Of a stretch of DNA of 53,237 bases, positions 7,608 to 17,024 are shown one piece after another; position 1 is the stretch's first letter; each line of letters opens with the position of its first letter. The stretch is from NCBI GenBank assembly GCA_937902285.1, contig CALGTB010000335.1:1-53237 (forward strand), given 5' to 3'. The DNA is from an uncultured Actinomycetes bacterium (GTDB lineage: Bacteria; Actinomycetota; Actinomycetes; S36-B12). The notes beneath the pieces are model-generated. The model ran no database searches and had not been told where the DNA came from. It saw only the letters and a list, made by a program, of their open reading frames with translations. Made by a program: the position numbers and the translations under genes.

Positions 7608-9044
7608 CTACCGGTCCGCGATCTGCATGATGACGGCCTTGGGCTCGGTGAAGAACTCGCGGCTGAAGCTGCCGCCCTCGCGGCCTACGCCCGAGTCGCC
7701 GACCCCTCCGAAGGGGGCGCGCAGGTCGCGGATGAAGAAGCAGTTGACCCAGACCGTTCCGGCCCGCAGCTGAGCCGAGACCCGATGCGCGCGCGAGAGG
7801 TTCTCGGTGAAGACCATGGCGTTCAGTCCGTAGCGGGTGTCGTTCGCTGCGGCGATCGCGTCCGCCTCGTCGTCGAACCTCTGCACCACGCACACGGGCC
7901 CGAAGATCTCCTCGCGGCACACGCGGGCCGTCGGTGGCGCATCGACGATGATCGTCGGCCGCACGCTCCAGCCCTCGCCCACCCCGCCCGTGAGGATCCG
8001 GCCGCCGTCCGCCGTGACCGTGTCGAGGTAGCCGCTCACCTTCGTGAAGTGCTCGCGGCTCGCGAGCGCCAGCGGGAACTCCGTCTCGGGGTCCTTCGGG
8101 TCGCCCGCGCGCATCGCCTCCGCCGCGGCGACGAAGCGGGCGATGAACTCGTCGTAGATTCCGGACTGCAGGTAGAGCCGCGATCCGGACAGGCAGATCT
8201 GGCCCGCGTTGCGGAAGATCGCCTGCACGGCCCACGAGACGGCGTTGTCGAGGTCTGCGTCGTCGAACACGATGTTCGCGCCCTTGCCGCCGAGCTCGAG
8301 GCTGACGGGCACGAGGTTGCGCGCTGCCGCCCCGCTGATCACCTTGCCGGTGCCCGACTCCCCGGTGAAGGTGATGCGGTCGACGTCCGGGTTGCCCGTC
8401 AGGGCCGCTCCGGCCGAGTCAGGGCCGTAGCCGTGCACGATGTTGAGGACGCCCGGAGGCAGCCCTGCCTCGAGCGCCAGGCGTGCCCAGAGGGTCGCGG
8501 ACACCGGCGTGTCCTCGGCCGGCTTCATCACCACCGTGTTGCCCCAGGCCAGCGCCGGCGCCACCTTCCAGGTGCCCAGCATGAGCGGGAAGTTCCACGG
8601 GGAGATGGCGACGGCGACGCCGACCGGGTCGAAGCGGGTGTAGGCGTGGTGCCCCGAGTCCATGGGGTACATGTCCGAGATGGACATGCGTGCGTGGTCG
8701 GCGAAGAAGCGGACGTTCCATGCCGAGCGGGCGACGTCGATGCGTGCCTGGCTGATCGGCTTGCCCATGTCGCGGGTGTCGGCCATGGCGAGCTCCGCCG
8801 CATGCTCCTCCATCAGTGCGGCGAGCCGGTGGAGCACCGCCTGGCGCTTCTCGTAGCCCATGCGAGGCCAAGGCCCGTTGTCGAACGCCCTCCGTGCCGC
8901 GGCGACGGCCCGGTCGGCGTCGGCCAGCCCGCCGCAGGCGATCGTGGCCCACGGCTCGCGCGTGTACGGATCGACGTCGTCCATCGTGGCGCCGTCGAGG
9001 GACGGCACCTCGATGCCGTCGATGATGTGTCCGTAGAAGTCCAT
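7608..9044 (-). CDS. NAD(P)-dependent aldehyde dehydrogenase
   Basis: ALDH motifs ISPWNFPL, FTGESGTGK, ELGGKGANIVF, GQICLSGSR. ATG at 9044 (MDFYGHIIDG). Confidence 0.9.
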   Translation of the reverse strand: MDFYGHIIDGIEVPSLDGATMDDVDPYTREPWATIACGGLADADRAVAAARRAFDNGPWPRMGYEKRQAVLHRLAALMEEHAAELAMADTRDMGKPISQARIDVARSAWNVRFFADHARMSISDMYPMDSGHHAYTRFDPVGVAVAISPWNFPLMLGTWKVAPALAWGNTVVMKPAEDTPVSATLWARLALEAGLPPGVLNIVHGYGPDSAGAALTGNPDVDRITFTGESGTGKVISGAAARNLVPVSLELGGKGANIVFDDADLDNAVSWAVQAIFRNAGQICLSGSRLYLQSGIYDEFIARFVAAAEAMRAGDPKDPETEFPLALASREHFTKVSGYLDTVTADGGRILTGGVGEGWSVRPTIIVDAPPTARVCREEIFGPVCVVQRFDDEADAIAAANDTRYGLNAMVFTENLSRAHRVSAQLRAGTVWVNCFFIRDLRAPFGGVGDSGVGREGGSFSREFFTEPKAVIMQIADR

Positions 9045-9072
9045 GCGCGCAGTCTGCTCCCTGCGGGCGGGT

Positions 9073-9315
9073 TCAGGTAGCGGACTCGGCCTTGCTCCGC
9101 TCCATGTGGAGGGCGAGCACCGGGCACGCATGGGTGGCATCCTCGGCCGCCCTGACGTCGGCTGGCGCGATGACCGCGCGAAGGCCGCCGCCCGGCAGGA
9201 GCGGGTATCCCCACTCGTCGAGGTCGATCAGCTGCGGAGCGGCGTCGCGGCACAGGCCCCTGCCGTCGCACAGGGTGGGGTTGAGGGCGAGGGTGACGAT
9301 CTTCTCGGAGCTCAT
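9073..9315 (-). CDS. Small ferredoxin-like protein (single-cluster Fer4-type)
   Basis: 80 aa MSSEKIVTLALNPTLCDGRGLCRDAAPQLIDLDEWGYP...ACPVLALHM. Its start overlaps the stop of the upstream NuoF-like gene (ATGA). Confidence 0.7.
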   Translation of the reverse strand: MSSEKIVTLALNPTLCDGRGLCRDAAPQLIDLDEWGYPLLPGGGLRAVIAPADVRAAEDATHACPVLALHMERSKAESAT

Positions 9316-10628
9316 TCGAAGTCCCTGCTTCCTACGTCGACCAGGGCCAGGCGTGCTGTCGGCACCGGGAGGGCGGTTGCGTGGTCGCCGTGTGACCTGA
9401 CGCCGGCCGAGCACCGGCGCTCCAGGTGCAGCGCCACCTCGTCGGCGAAGACCGACAGGCCGGTCGCGACGAAGCGCGCCGTGCCGTCGGGGTGCTTGCA
9501 CCCGCCGCGATTCACGATCAGCCCGAGGCGCCGGTTCAGCCTGTCCATGTCCTCGTCGCCCGCGCTGCCGACGGCCAGCTGGTGCACGTCGTCGCTGACG
9601 GACGGCAGGCCGAACACGCAGGGGCCGCACTGGCCGGCACTCTCGCCGGCCATCCAGGTCGTGACACGGTCGATCTCGTCGAGGGGGCACTGCTGGATCC
9701 CCACGGGGTAGAGGAGTGAGGCACCGAAGACGCCGCGTGCGACGCGCACCGAGTCCGGATCCCAGGCCACCGCGTCGAAGCCGTCGGCGGCGACCCAGCC
9801 GCCTCCATAGCCGCCCGTGAGGTGGCCGCGAACGGGCTGGGTGGTCCCGCCGCACAGGGCGAGGATCTCCCCCACGGGAGTCCCGGTGGGAACCTCGACG
9901 ACTCCGGGGGTGCCGACGCAGCCTCCGACGGTGACGAGCGTCGTTCCCGGTGCCGAGGGCGAGCCCACCTCGGCGAACCACGCGCCGCCGCGGCGGGCGA
10001 TAAGCGCCAGGTGCGCGAGCGTCTCGACGTTCTGGACCAGGGTGGGGCGCCCATCGGATCCGCGCTGGTACGGCCGATCCGGGTAGACGGGCGTCGCGAG
10101 CCCCTCGCCGACCCAGTGGGCCAGTGCGCTCTCCTCGCTGGCGACGTACCGTGCCGGCGGCGTGACCAGTCGGATGGGCAGGTCGTCGATGCCGGCCTCG
10201 GCGCGCTCGTCCAGGGCGGCGATGAGGGCCGGCACCAGCGGTGAGTCGCGGTGGATCGCGAGGAAGGCGTCCGTGGCTCCCACGGTTGCTGCCGCCGCAC
10301 TGATGCCGTCGAGCACGAGGTGCGGGGACGACGCGAGGAGCACGGCGTCCTTGACGCTGGCCGGCTCCCCCTCCATGCCGTTGGCGATGACGACGGGACG
10401 CCGCTGCGGGCTGAGCCGACCGCGCTGCGCCGAGCTGTCGACGACGGCGCGCAGCTTGACGGCGGTCGGGAACCAGCCGCCCCCGCGCCCGCGCAGGCCT
10501 GCACGCTCCACCTCGTCGACGAGGGGACCCGGACGTGACCCGTGGCGACGCCCGACGTCGGGCAGGGGCCCGTGCTCGGTCAGGTGCATCGCCAACGATG
10601 ACCGGCTCTGGATGCCCAGGCGGCTCAT
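9312..10628 (-). CDS. NuoF-like (NADH:quinone oxidoreductase subunit F family) FMN/Fe-S protein
   Basis: GLRGRGGGWFPTAVKL (FMN/NADH-site-like), SLBB-like middle part, ESAGQCGPCVFGLP...GGCKHPDG Fe-S motif. ATG 10628 follows ggaggtgagc. Confidence 0.75.
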   Translation of the reverse strand: MSRLGIQSRSSLAMHLTEHGPLPDVGRRHGSRPGPLVDEVERAGLRGRGGGWFPTAVKLRAVVDSSAQRGRLSPQRRPVVIANGMEGEPASVKDAVLLASSPHLVLDGISAAAATVGATDAFLAIHRDSPLVPALIAALDERAEAGIDDLPIRLVTPPARYVASEESALAHWVGEGLATPVYPDRPYQRGSDGRPTLVQNVETLAHLALIARRGGAWFAEVGSPSAPGTTLVTVGGCVGTPGVVEVPTGTPVGEILALCGGTTQPVRGHLTGGYGGGWVAADGFDAVAWDPDSVRVARGVFGASLLYPVGIQQCPLDEIDRVTTWMAGESAGQCGPCVFGLPSVSDDVHQLAVGSAGDEDMDRLNRRLGLIVNRGGCKHPDGTARFVATGLSVFADEVALHLERRCSAGVRSHGDHATALPVPTARLALVDVGSRDFE

Positions 10629-10791
10629 GCTCACCTCCGCGCCGGCTGCGCCGGCCTCGTTGATCCGGCCTGCTGCGCAGGACCGTCATGTCATGGTGGC
10701 GCACGCACCGTGCAGGAAGGGCAACCCGATTGCAAAGTCCGGGTAAGGGACTGCGGTGGAACGACGCGTATCCATATGACAGCGTTGGGCC

Positions 10792-12180
10792 ATGGCTCTC
10801 GTCGCAGGGATCGACTCGTCCACCCAGTCCGTGAAGATCGTGGTCCGGGACTCCGACACAGGTGCCCTCGTGCGCGAGGCGCGGGCGGCACACCCTGACG
10901 GCACGGAGGTCGAGCCGTCGGCGTGGCTCGAGGCCCTCGACGCGGCGACCGCAGGCATGCTCGACGGCGTCGCCGCCCTCTCGGTAGCCGGCCAGCAGCA
11001 CGGCATGGTCGCCCTCGACGAGAACGGCGAGGTCGTGCGACCGGCGCTGCTGTGGAACGACACGCGATCGGCCTCCGACGCCGATGACCTCGTGCGCGAG
11101 CTCGGCGGCCCGCAGGCCTGGGCAGCGGCGGTGGGGAGCGTCCCGGTGGCGTCCTTCACCGTGACGAAGGCGCGCTGGATGGCCCGCGTCGAGCCCGGCA
11201 ACGCCGCCCGGACCGCGCGGATGATGCTCCCGCACGACTACCTCACCTGGCACCTCGCGGGACGACCCGCGGAGGCGATCACGGATCGCGGTGAGGCGTC
11301 CGGGACGGGCTACTGGTCTCCTGCGGAGGGCTCCTACCGTGACGACCTGCTCCGCCTGGCCCTCGGTCACGTGCCGGCCGTGCCACGGGTGGCGGCCCCG
11401 GCCGAGGCCGCCGGCACGACGGCGACGGGGATCGTCCTCGGGCCGGGCACCGGCGACAACATGGGTGCCGCCCTGGGCCTGGACGCGCAGCCCGGCGACG
11501 TCGTGGTCTCGCTCGGCACGTCGGGCACGGCGTTCGCCGTGTCACGCGTGCCGGCAGCGGATGCCAGCGGGCTCGTGGCGGGGTTCGCCGACGCGACAGG
11601 CCACTTCCTGCCCCTCGTCTGCACGCTCAACGCGGCACGGGTGCTGACGTCGGCCGCCGCGCTCCTCGGAGTGGACGTCGAGTCCTTCGCGGCGCTCGCG
11701 CTCAGCGCCGAGCCGGGTGCGGGCGGCCTCGTTCTGCTGCCCTACCTCGACGGCGAGCGCACGCCGAACCTGCCGGACGCCCGTGGTTCGCTGCACGGGA
11801 TCACCCGCGCCAACCTGACCCCGGCGAACATCGCGCGGGCATCCATCGAGGGGATGCTCGGCGGCCTCGCCGACGCGGTCGACGCGCTCGTCGACGTGGG
11901 CGTCGTGCCGCGGCGCATCATCCTGGTCGGGGGAGCGGCGGCCAACCCCGCCGTGAGCGAGGTCGCAGCGACGATGTTCACCGTCCCTGTTGAGGTGCCG
12001 CCACCAGGGGAGTACGTGGCCGACGGCGCCGCACGGCAGGCCGCGTGGGCCCTGGCCGGGACGGCGGCCGCTCCGCAGTGGCCGGATGCGCGTCCCGGAT
12101 CGACCACTCGACTCGAGCCCTCCCCGGTTCCGGGCATCCGCGAGGCCTACGCCCGCGCTCGCACCGCGCTCTACGGGTAG
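10792..12180 (+). CDS. xylB: Xylulokinase
   Basis: [18 protein letters not shown]..., [31 protein letters not shown] kinase architecture; adjacent to xylA. Confidence 0.9.
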   Translation: MALVAGIDSSTQSVKIVVRDSDTGALVREARAAHPDGTEVEPSAWLEALDAATAGMLDGVAALSVAGQQHGMVALDENGEVVRPALLWNDTRSASDADDLVRELGGPQAWAAAVGSVPVASFTVTKARWMARVEPGNAARTARMMLPHDYLTWHLAGRPAEAITDRGEASGTGYWSPAEGSYRDDLLRLALGHVPAVPRVAAPAEAAGTTATGIVLGPGTGDNMGAALGLDAQPGDVVVSLGTSGTAFAVSRVPAADASGLVAGFADATGHFLPLVCTLNAARVLTSAAALLGVDVESFAALALSAEPGAGGLVLLPYLDGERTPNLPDARGSLHGITRANLTPANIARASIEGMLGGLADAVDALVDVGVVPRRIILVGGAAANPAVSEVAATMFTVPVEVPPPGEYVADGAARQAAWALAGTAAAPQWPDARPGSTTRLEPSPVPGIREAYARARTALYG

Positions 12181-12353
12181 TCAACGCCTGCAAGGGGTTT
12201 CGGCAAGGCGGCCGACGTGACCGAATCGTTACTGAAAGATGTCGAATCGATGCAATAAGCGCTTGTGTCACGTGATTCCGGGGCATATGTTTCCTGAGAC
12301 AACAATTAGCCGACGCCCCGCGTCGGCCGACGTGGAAGCAGACGAGGAGTTCC
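12181..12353 (+). promoter_or_regulatory. xylA upstream control region (visibly lower GC; probable promoter/operator)
   Basis: AT-richer stretch ccgaatcgttactgaaagatgtcgaatcgatgcaataagcgcttgtgtcacgtgattcc with direct repeat CGAATCG(T/A)T. Small hairpin gccgacgc-ccc-gcgtcggc, and gaggag RBS before GTG 12354. Confidence 0.5.
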
Positions 12354-13514
12354 GTGGACTACACCCCGCGCCCGGAGGACAGGTTCTCGTTCGGGCTCTG
12401 GACCGTAGGCAATCGCGGGCGTGATCCCTTCGGCGAGGCCACCCGCCCCAAGCTCGAGACCGACGAGATCCTGCGCGGGCTCGCCGACCTCGGCGTCTGG
12501 GGCGTGAGCTTCCACGACGACGACCTCATGACGTTCGGTGCGCCCGAGTCGCAGCGCCGGTCGGAGCTCGAGGCCTTCAAGCGGACCCTCGACGAGACCG
12601 GCCTGGTCTGCTCGATGGCCACCACCAACCTCTTCTACCACCCGATCTTCAAGGACGGCGCCCTCACGTCGAACGACCGGGACGTGCGCCGCTACGCGAT
12701 CCAGAAGGTCATGCGCAACCTCGATGTCGCCGCCGAGCTCGGTGCCCCCATCTACGTGTTCTGGGGCGGACGCGAAGGCGTCGAGACGGCTGCGGCCAAG
12801 GACACGCGCGACGCCCTGTCGCGCTACGCAGAGGCCCTCGACTTCCTGGCCGGCTACGTCAAGGACAAGCAGTACGACCTCCGCTTCGCCATCGAGCCCA
12901 AGCCGAACGAGCCGCGCGGCGACATCTTCCTGCCCACCGTCGGGCACGCGCTGGCCTTCATCGAGAGGCTCGAGCACTCGGAGATGGTCGGGCTCAACCC
13001 CGAGGTGGCCCACGAGACCATGTCGGGCCTGAGCTTCTACCAGGGCGTGGCGCAGGCCATCTGGCAGGACAAGCTCTTCCACATCGACCTGAACGACCAG
13101 CGGATCGGCCGCTTCGACCAGGACTTCCGCTTCGGCTCCGAGGGCATCAAGGATCACTTCTTCCTTGTCCGCCTCCTCGAGACGAGCGGCTACGGGGGCG
13201 CCAAGCACTTCGACGCCCACGCGTATCGCACGGAGGATGTCGAGGGAGTCTGGGACTTCGCCCGCGGCTGCATCCGGAACTACCTCGCACTCGCGGACAA
13301 GGCCCGCGCGTTCGACAACGATCCTCGAGTTGCGGAAGCCATGGCCCGTGCCAAGGTTGCCGAGCTCGCGGCTCCGTCCGTTGGTCCGTACTCCACGGCC
13401 GCGGCGGCGCAACTGCTGGGAGAGACCTTCGACCTCGACGCCCTCGCGGCGCTCGGATTCGGGAACGAGGCCCTCGACCAGCTCGTCGTCGATCACATCC
13501 TGGGGATCGCCTGA
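12354..13514 (+). CDS. xylA: Xylose isomerase (actinobacterial short type)
   Basis: MDYTPRPEDRFSFGLWTVGNRGRDPFG..., FHDDDL, FAIEPKPNEPRGDIFLPTVGH. Confidence 0.95.
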   Translation: MDYTPRPEDRFSFGLWTVGNRGRDPFGEATRPKLETDEILRGLADLGVWGVSFHDDDLMTFGAPESQRRSELEAFKRTLDETGLVCSMATTNLFYHPIFKDGALTSNDRDVRRYAIQKVMRNLDVAAELGAPIYVFWGGREGVETAAAKDTRDALSRYAEALDFLAGYVKDKQYDLRFAIEPKPNEPRGDIFLPTVGHALAFIERLEHSEMVGLNPEVAHETMSGLSFYQGVAQAIWQDKLFHIDLNDQRIGRFDQDFRFGSEGIKDHFFLVRLLETSGYGGAKHFDAHAYRTEDVEGVWDFARGCIRNYLALADKARAFDNDPRVAEAMARAKVAELAAPSVGPYSTAAAAQLLGETFDLDALAALGFGNEALDQLVVDHILGIA

Positions 13515-13531
13515 TCGGCCTCGCGCCGATC
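13513..13531 (+). terminator. Weak stem-loop overlapping the xylA stop
   Basis: gatcggc-ctcgc-gccgatc (7-bp stem); no U-tract. Confidence 0.3.
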
Positions 13532-13575
13532 GAGCGACCGCAGGGATCGTCGACACAACTCCATCTCACAAAATT

Positions 13576-13592
13576 CGCAGGAGCCTCCTGCG
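13576..13592. promoter_or_regulatory. Perfect 8-1-8 palindrome upstream of xylF (operator or 5'-UTR hairpin)
   Basis: cgcaggag-c-ctcctgcg, 19 nt upstream of the xylF ATG. Confidence 0.35.
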
Positions 13593-13610
13593 GGGAAGGG
13601 ACAGCATCGT

Positions 13611-14777
13611 ATGTCCAAGAAACTGTTTGGAGCAGTAGCCGGCCTCGCCGCCGCCTCACTGCTCGTCGCCGCTTGCGGCTCGAGCTCCAGCTCGGATTCC
13701 TCGTCGGCAGCTCCTGCTGAGTCCTCGGCCGCCCCGGCCGAGTCGTCGGCTGCGCCGGCCGAGTCCGAGTCGGCGATGGCTGCCGGTGGCAAGGCATGCG
13801 TCATCCTGCCCGACGCTGCGTCGTCGGCCCGTTGGGAGACGGCCGACCGGCCGTTCCTCGAGGAGGCCTTCACCGCTGCTGGTGTCGAGTACGACATCCA
13901 GAACGCCAATGGCGACAAGGCGAAGTTCGCCACCATCGCTGACGGCATGCTCGCCAGCGGCTGCAGCGCCATGCTGATCGTCAACCTCGACAGCCCGTCC
14001 GCCGCGGCCGTTATCGCCAAGGCCGACGCTGCCGGCGTCCCGGTCATCGACTACGACCGCCTGACCCTGGGCGGCGGCGCGAAGTACTACGTGTCGTTCG
14101 ACAACGTCGCGGTCGGCACCACCATCGGCGAGGGCCTCGTCAAGTGCCTCACCGACGCCGGCACCACCGAGGGCCCCGTTGCACTGCTGAACGGCTCGCC
14201 CACCGACAACAACGCCACGCTGTTCAAGCAGGGCTACCAGGCTGCCATCGAGGCTGCCGGCTACACCGTCGCTGCGGACCAGGCCGTTCCGGACTGGGAC
14301 AACACGAAGGCCGGCACCATCTTCGAGCAGATGTACACCGAGGCCAATGGTGACTTCGTCGGCGTTGCTGCCGCGAACGACGGCCTCGGCGGCGCGACGA
14401 TCGCTGTCCTCGACCGCAACGGCCAGGCCGGCAAGATCTTCGTCACCGGCCAGGACGCCACCGACGAGGGCCTGCAGCGCGTGCTGCTCGGCACTCAGTG
14501 CATGACCGTCTACAAGGCTGTCAAGCAGGAGGCAGAGGCCGCTGCGGCGCTCGCCGTGGCACTCATCAATGGCGACACCGCTGCTGCTGACGCTCTTGCC
14601 ACCGGCAAGACCGCCGACAGCGAGGCCGGCACCGAGGTCCCCAGCGTTCTGCTGGTGCCGCAGGCCATCTACCCCGAGAACGTGAAGGACGTCATCGCTG
14701 ACGGCTTCACCACGGTGGAGAAGGTCTGCACGACCGACGAGCTCAAGGCCAAGTGCGCCGAGTTCGGTGTTATGTAG
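13611..14777 (+). CDS. xylF: D-xylose ABC transporter substrate-binding lipoprotein
   Basis: Lipobox LLVAAC. RWETADRPFLEEAF...ANGD...YDRL...YVSFDNVAVG parallels E. coli XylF. Located within the xyl locus. Confidence 0.85.
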   Translation: MSKKLFGAVAGLAAASLLVAACGSSSSSDSSSAAPAESSAAPAESSAAPAESESAMAAGGKACVILPDAASSARWETADRPFLEEAFTAAGVEYDIQNANGDKAKFATIADGMLASGCSAMLIVNLDSPSAAAVIAKADAAGVPVIDYDRLTLGGGAKYYVSFDNVAVGTTIGEGLVKCLTDAGTTEGPVALLNGSPTDNNATLFKQGYQAAIEAAGYTVAADQAVPDWDNTKAGTIFEQMYTEANGDFVGVAAANDGLGGATIAVLDRNGQAGKIFVTGQDATDEGLQRVLLGTQCMTVYKAVKQEAEAAAALAVALINGDTAAADALATGKTADSEAGTEVPSVLLVPQAIYPENVKDVIADGFTTVEKVCTTDELKAKCAEFGVM

Positions 14778-14813
14778 TACCCCCGTTCGGCCGTAGGCCG
14801 GACTGAGCACGAC

Positions 14814-14851
14814 ACGGTGGGGGCGGGTGCAGTGACATCCGCCCCCACCGT
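14814..14851 (+). other. Stable intercistronic stem-loop between xylF and the ATPase gene
   Basis: acggtgggggcgg - 12-nt loop - ccgcccccaccgt (perfect 13-bp GC-rich stem). Confidence 0.6.
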
Positions 14852-14913
14852 CGTACCACGGGCGTTTCGCGGTTTGCCCCACTCCATCCGGTCGGTTACG
14901 AGAAGGTAACGCC

Positions 14914-15702
14914 ATGACAAACGAGACCCCGCTCCTTCAGCTGAGGGGCGTCAACAAGAGCTTCGGCCCCGTGCACGTCCTCCGTGGCGTCGACCTCAGC
15001 GTCTACGAGGGGCAGGTGACCGCGCTCGTCGGCGACAACGGCGCCGGCAAGAGCACGCTGGTCAAGGGCGTGGCCGGGATCTACCCCTTCGACTCCGGCG
15101 ACTACCTCTTCGAGGGGAAGTCGGTCAGCGTGTCCGATCCGAAGCACGCGAACTCCCTCGGCATCGAGGTGGTCTACCAGGACCTCGCCCTGTGCGACAA
15201 CCTCGACGTCGTGCACAACATGTTCCTCGGCCGCGAGGAGAAGAAGGCGGTCGTCCTCGACGAGATCGGCATGGAGAAGCGGGCCACCGAGACCCTCAAG
15301 GGGCTGTCCGTGCGCACGCTCAAGTCCGTGCGCCAGCAGGTCTCGAGCCTGTCCGGCGGGCAGCGCCAGACCGTGGCCATCGCCCGCGCCGTCCTCTGGA
15401 ACTCCAAGCTGGTCATCCTCGACGAGCCCACGGCGGCCCTCGGCGTGGCGCAGACCGAGCAGGTGCTCAACCTCGTGCGCCGACTCGCCGACAACGGCCT
15501 CGGCGTCATCCTCATCTCGCACAACATGAACGACGTCATGCAGGTCGCCGACAACATCGCGTGCCTGTACCTCGGCGCACTGGCAGCGCAGGTGTCGGTC
15601 AAGGACGTCACCCACAGCTCCGTGGTCGAGCTCATCACGACGGGTCGCAGCGGCGACATGGGGCTGCAACCGGAGATCGCGAACGCGGGAGGAGTGGCAT
15701 GA
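14914..15702 (+). CDS. Sugar (xylose-type, CUT2) ABC transporter ATP-binding protein, single-cassette form
   Basis: Walker A GDNGAGKST, signature LSGGQRQ, Walker B LVILDEPT. Confidence 0.9.
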   Translation: MTNETPLLQLRGVNKSFGPVHVLRGVDLSVYEGQVTALVGDNGAGKSTLVKGVAGIYPFDSGDYLFEGKSVSVSDPKHANSLGIEVVYQDLALCDNLDVVHNMFLGREEKKAVVLDEIGMEKRATETLKGLSVRTLKSVRQQVSSLSGGQRQTVAIARAVLWNSKLVILDEPTAALGVAQTEQVLNLVRRLADNGLGVILISHNMNDVMQVADNIACLYLGALAAQVSVKDVTHSSVVELITTGRSGDMGLQPEIANAGGVA

Positions 15703-17003
15703 GCACGTCGCATCAGACCACCGACGTCGACCTGCCGGAGGCCGGCGACCGCGGCACCATCGGCGAGGCGATGGGCGACTACTTCAACCGGATCAAGGGT
15801 GGCGATGTCGGCTCCCTCCCGGCGGTCCTCGGCCTCATCGCGCTCGTCGTGCTCTTCAGCGTCCTGAAGCCCGACACCTTCTTCAGCCTCTTCAACTTCG
15901 CGAACCTGCTCAATCAGGGCACGGCCATCATCGTGCTCGCGATGGGCCTGATCTTCGTGCTGCTGCTCGGCGAGATCGACCTGTCGGCCGGCTTCGCCGC
16001 GGGTACCGCGGCCGCGGTGCTCGCCGTCGCCATGACCTCCTGGGGCTTGGCCTGGCCGATCGCGCTCGTGCTGGGGCTGCTCACCGGAACGCTCATCGGC
16101 TTCGTGATCGGACTGCTCGTCGCCCGCCTCGGCATCCCGTCCTTCGTGGTGACGCTGGCCATGTTCCTGGCCCTCCAGGGCGTCATGCTCCTCATCATCG
16201 GCGAGGGCGGCACCATCACGCTCCGCAGTGACGAGCTCCTCGCGATCATGAACCGGAACATGCCGGCATGGGCGAGCTGGCTGCTCTTCGCGGTGGTCGT
16301 CGTGGGCTATGGCCTCGTGACCTTCCGCGCCATCAGCGGCCGTCGCAAGGCCGGGCTCAAGGCGACCTCGACGTCGGTGTGGGCCGCCAAGCTCATCGCG
16401 CTCACCGTCATCCTCGGCGCCGGCGTCTACCTGCTCAACCAGGAGCGTCAGATCGTCCGTCCGGGCAAGACGGCCTGCGTCACCAACGATCCGCCAGACC
16501 CCGCAGGCTGCATCCCGGTCATCCAGGGCGTGCCGTGGGCCGTGCTGGTGGTGCTCGTGCTCCTCGTGGGCCTCACCTTCGTGACCGTGCGCACGTCCTT
16601 CGGGCGGCACATCTACGCCGTCGGCGGCAACTCCGAGGCGGCCCGCCGCGCGGGCATCAGCGTCAAGGCGATCAAGATCTACTGCTTCATGATCTGTTCG
16701 ACCCTCGCCGCCGTCGCTGGCGTCCTGATCGCGTCGCGCGACAACTCGGTCTCGCCCACCACCGGCGGCGCGCAGACTCTGCTGTTCGCGGTCGGTGCGG
16801 CTGTCATCGGCGGGACCAGCCTCTTCGGCGGTCGCGGCCGGATCTTCGACGCCGTCATCGGCGGCCTGGTGATCGCCGTGATCGCCAACGGCCTTCCGCT
16901 CATCACGCAGCAGTCGGGAATCCAGTACGTCGTGACCGGACTGGTCCTGCTGCTCGCCGCGAGCGTCGACGCCATCTCGCGAAAGCGCTCCACACCCTCC
17001 TAG
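15699..17003 (+). CDS. Sugar ABC transporter permease (XylH-like)
   Basis: ATGA overlap with the ATPase stop. Polytopic membrane protein; NLLNQGTAIIVLAMGLIFVLLLGEIDLSAGF is a typical CUT2 permease motif. Confidence 0.9.
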   Translation: MSTSHQTTDVDLPEAGDRGTIGEAMGDYFNRIKGGDVGSLPAVLGLIALVVLFSVLKPDTFFSLFNFANLLNQGTAIIVLAMGLIFVLLLGEIDLSAGFAAGTAAAVLAVAMTSWGLAWPIALVLGLLTGTLIGFVIGLLVARLGIPSFVVTLAMFLALQGVMLLIIGEGGTITLRSDELLAIMNRNMPAWASWLLFAVVVVGYGLVTFRAISGRRKAGLKATSTSVWAAKLIALTVILGAGVYLLNQERQIVRPGKTACVTNDPPDPAGCIPVIQGVPWAVLVVLVLLVGLTFVTVRTSFGRHIYAVGGNSEAARRAGISVKAIKIYCFMICSTLAAVAGVLIASRDNSVSPTTGGAQTLLFAVGAAVIGGTSLFGGRGRIFDAVIGGLVIAVIANGLPLITQQSGIQYVVTGLVLLLAASVDAISRKRSTPS

Positions 17004-17024
17004 GTCGAAGGAAGTCGGCACGGC

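Noticed and set aside
9073-11370. 765-aa minus-strand ORF
   Set aside because: Only its last 80 aa (the ferredoxin, 9073-9315) look like protein. The rest is Arg/Pro/Gly-rich low-complexity sequence running antisense or out of frame through the NuoF-like gene and xylB. This is the typical stop-codon-poor artefact of high-GC DNA.
12239-12424. 61-aa plus-strand ORF in front of xylA
   Set aside because: It lies in the low-GC regulatory region, runs out of frame into xylA, and has no RBS or protein-like features.
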